Program-made: the position numbers and the translations under genes
DNA from: a virus
Direction: 5' to 3' (one strand)
Virus record (IMG/VR): IMGVR_UViG_3300020027_000006
Location: 11,245 to 75,244 of that record
DNA length: 64,000 bases
In this document: one piece after another, positions 63,047-64,000 of the stretch
Position numbering within the stretch: the first letter of the stretch is position 1
Layout: each line of letters starts with the position of its first letter
The notes under the pieces: model-generated
Seen by the model: the letters and a program-made list of their open reading frames with translations, nothing else
Database searches by the model: none
Told to the model about the DNA's origin: nothing

Positions 63047-63847
63047 ATGTCAACTTACGGACAAGAAACATACGATAGAATCGGTTCAGGTATAACAGTT
63101 ACCGCCGATGGTGCACCTATTGCTAAAGCAGCTGGTGTAACTGTTGATTGGGAGTCAGTTGTTATTACACCTGCTGATACAACATATTTTGATGAGGATT
63201 ATGTTGTAACAGGAGAAAGATTTTTACGATACGGTACTGTTATATGTAAAATCTTGACAAGTTCAGTTAATCAATCTAAAGTAGGAAAATATGCTCCTTA
63301 TGGTGTTACTACATCCGGTGCAGATACTATAACAGTAACTAACGCAGCTAATGGAAAGGGAAACTGGTATATTCTTAATGAATCAGTTCATGAGAGTGAT
63401 AAGAAAAGTGATTTTCCTCCTGTATTTGACGGAGGCAGAGTTTATAAGACTCGGCTTGACGTTGAAGGAGCTGGTGGTTTTGGTAATGAGATACAGACAA
63501 TAACATTAGGAGTAGGCAATAGTGGAGGAGCTTTTACTATTACGTTTAGCGGACAAACAACTGGCTCAATAGTATTCAATGCTTTAGGTTCGGCTGTTGA
63601 GGCTGCTTTAATTGCTTTAAGCAACGTTGCTCCTGCCGACGTAACAGTAGCAGGTGTAGCAGGTGGGCCTTATACCGTCACTTTTTCGGGAGTTTATGCT
63701 AATACTAACGTACCAGCTATGACAACTACGCCATCTTTAACAGGCGGTGCTAATACAGCAACTGTGCAAACATTGTCTACTATTGGAGTACCTTTAGCAG
63801 ACTTTGAAACAGCATTTCCAATGATTGCATATGTATCAGAGAATTAA
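63047..63847 (+). CDS. Head decoration-like protein
   Basis: GVTVDW...RYGTVI...GKYAPY; NEIQTIT...FTITFSGQTT insert. Confidence 0.6.
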   Translation: MSTYGQETYDRIGSGITVTADGAPIAKAAGVTVDWESVVITPADTTYFDEDYVVTGERFLRYGTVICKILTSSVNQSKVGKYAPYGVTTSGADTITVTNAANGKGNWYILNESVHESDKKSDFPPVFDGGRVYKTRLDVEGAGGFGNEIQTITLGVGNSGGAFTITFSGQTTGSIVFNALGSAVEAALIALSNVAPADVTVAGVAGGPYTVTFSGVYANTNVPAMTTTPSLTGGANTATVQTLSTIGVPLADFETAFPMIAYVSEN

Positions 63848-63889
63848 GAATATCAGTTATATACTGAATAGATAAAGGAGAAAATAAAA

Positions 63890-64000
63890 ATGGGAAGCTA
63901 TGGACAAGAAACATTTGAGATAATCGGTTCAGGTATAACAGTTACCGCCGATGGTGCACCTATTGCTAAAGCAGCTGGTGTAACTGTTGTTTGGTCTGCA
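63890..64000 (+). CDS. Partial paralog of the 63047 head decoration protein
   Basis: MGSYGQETFEIIGSGITVTADGAPIAKAAGVTV; about 68 bp identical to 63079-63146. Confidence 0.75.
   Translation, partial: MGSYGQETFEIIGSGITVTADGAPIAKAAGVTVVWSA

Noticed and set aside
58980-63624. Minus-strand ORFs within the portal, protease and decoration genes
   Set aside because: Antisense shadows of well-supported plus-strand genes

Overview
AT-rich segment of a large tailed dsDNA phage genome. (1) 1-5.5 kb: dense minus-strand array of small SH3/KOW-like proteins, nearly all ending in a shared C-terminal peptide, [S/P/N]-[V/L/I]-x-x-W-[L/M/I]. The same peptide returns at 31.1-32.2 kb. (2) About 6.5-29.3 kb: early/host-takeover-like region of promoter-gene-terminator cassettes with many near-consensus sigma70 promoters, many positioned for leaderless mRNAs. 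Seven divergent plus-strand promoters each start an ORF-less unit with GGGTGCGGG. The region also encodes a histone H1-like Lys/Ala protein, a GNAT-like protein near an HDAC-family deacetylase, HNH genes and a TnpB right-end remnant. Repeat-rich non-coding blocks bracket it (5.5-6.5 kb, 29.3-31 kb). (3) 32.4-64 kb, plus strand: small terminase; large terminase with three inteins (two class-3-like, one hiding an out-of-frame HNH gene); about 20 kb of virion/fibre-like genes including an APS kinase-nucleotidyltransferase fusion, a sulfotransferase and a 1853-aa repeat protein; then DUF4417, portal, a LAGLIDADG endonuclease, prohead protease/scaffold and head decoration paralogs. No tRNA, rRNA or CRISPR array was seen. 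All family calls come from motif recognition by eye, not database searches.
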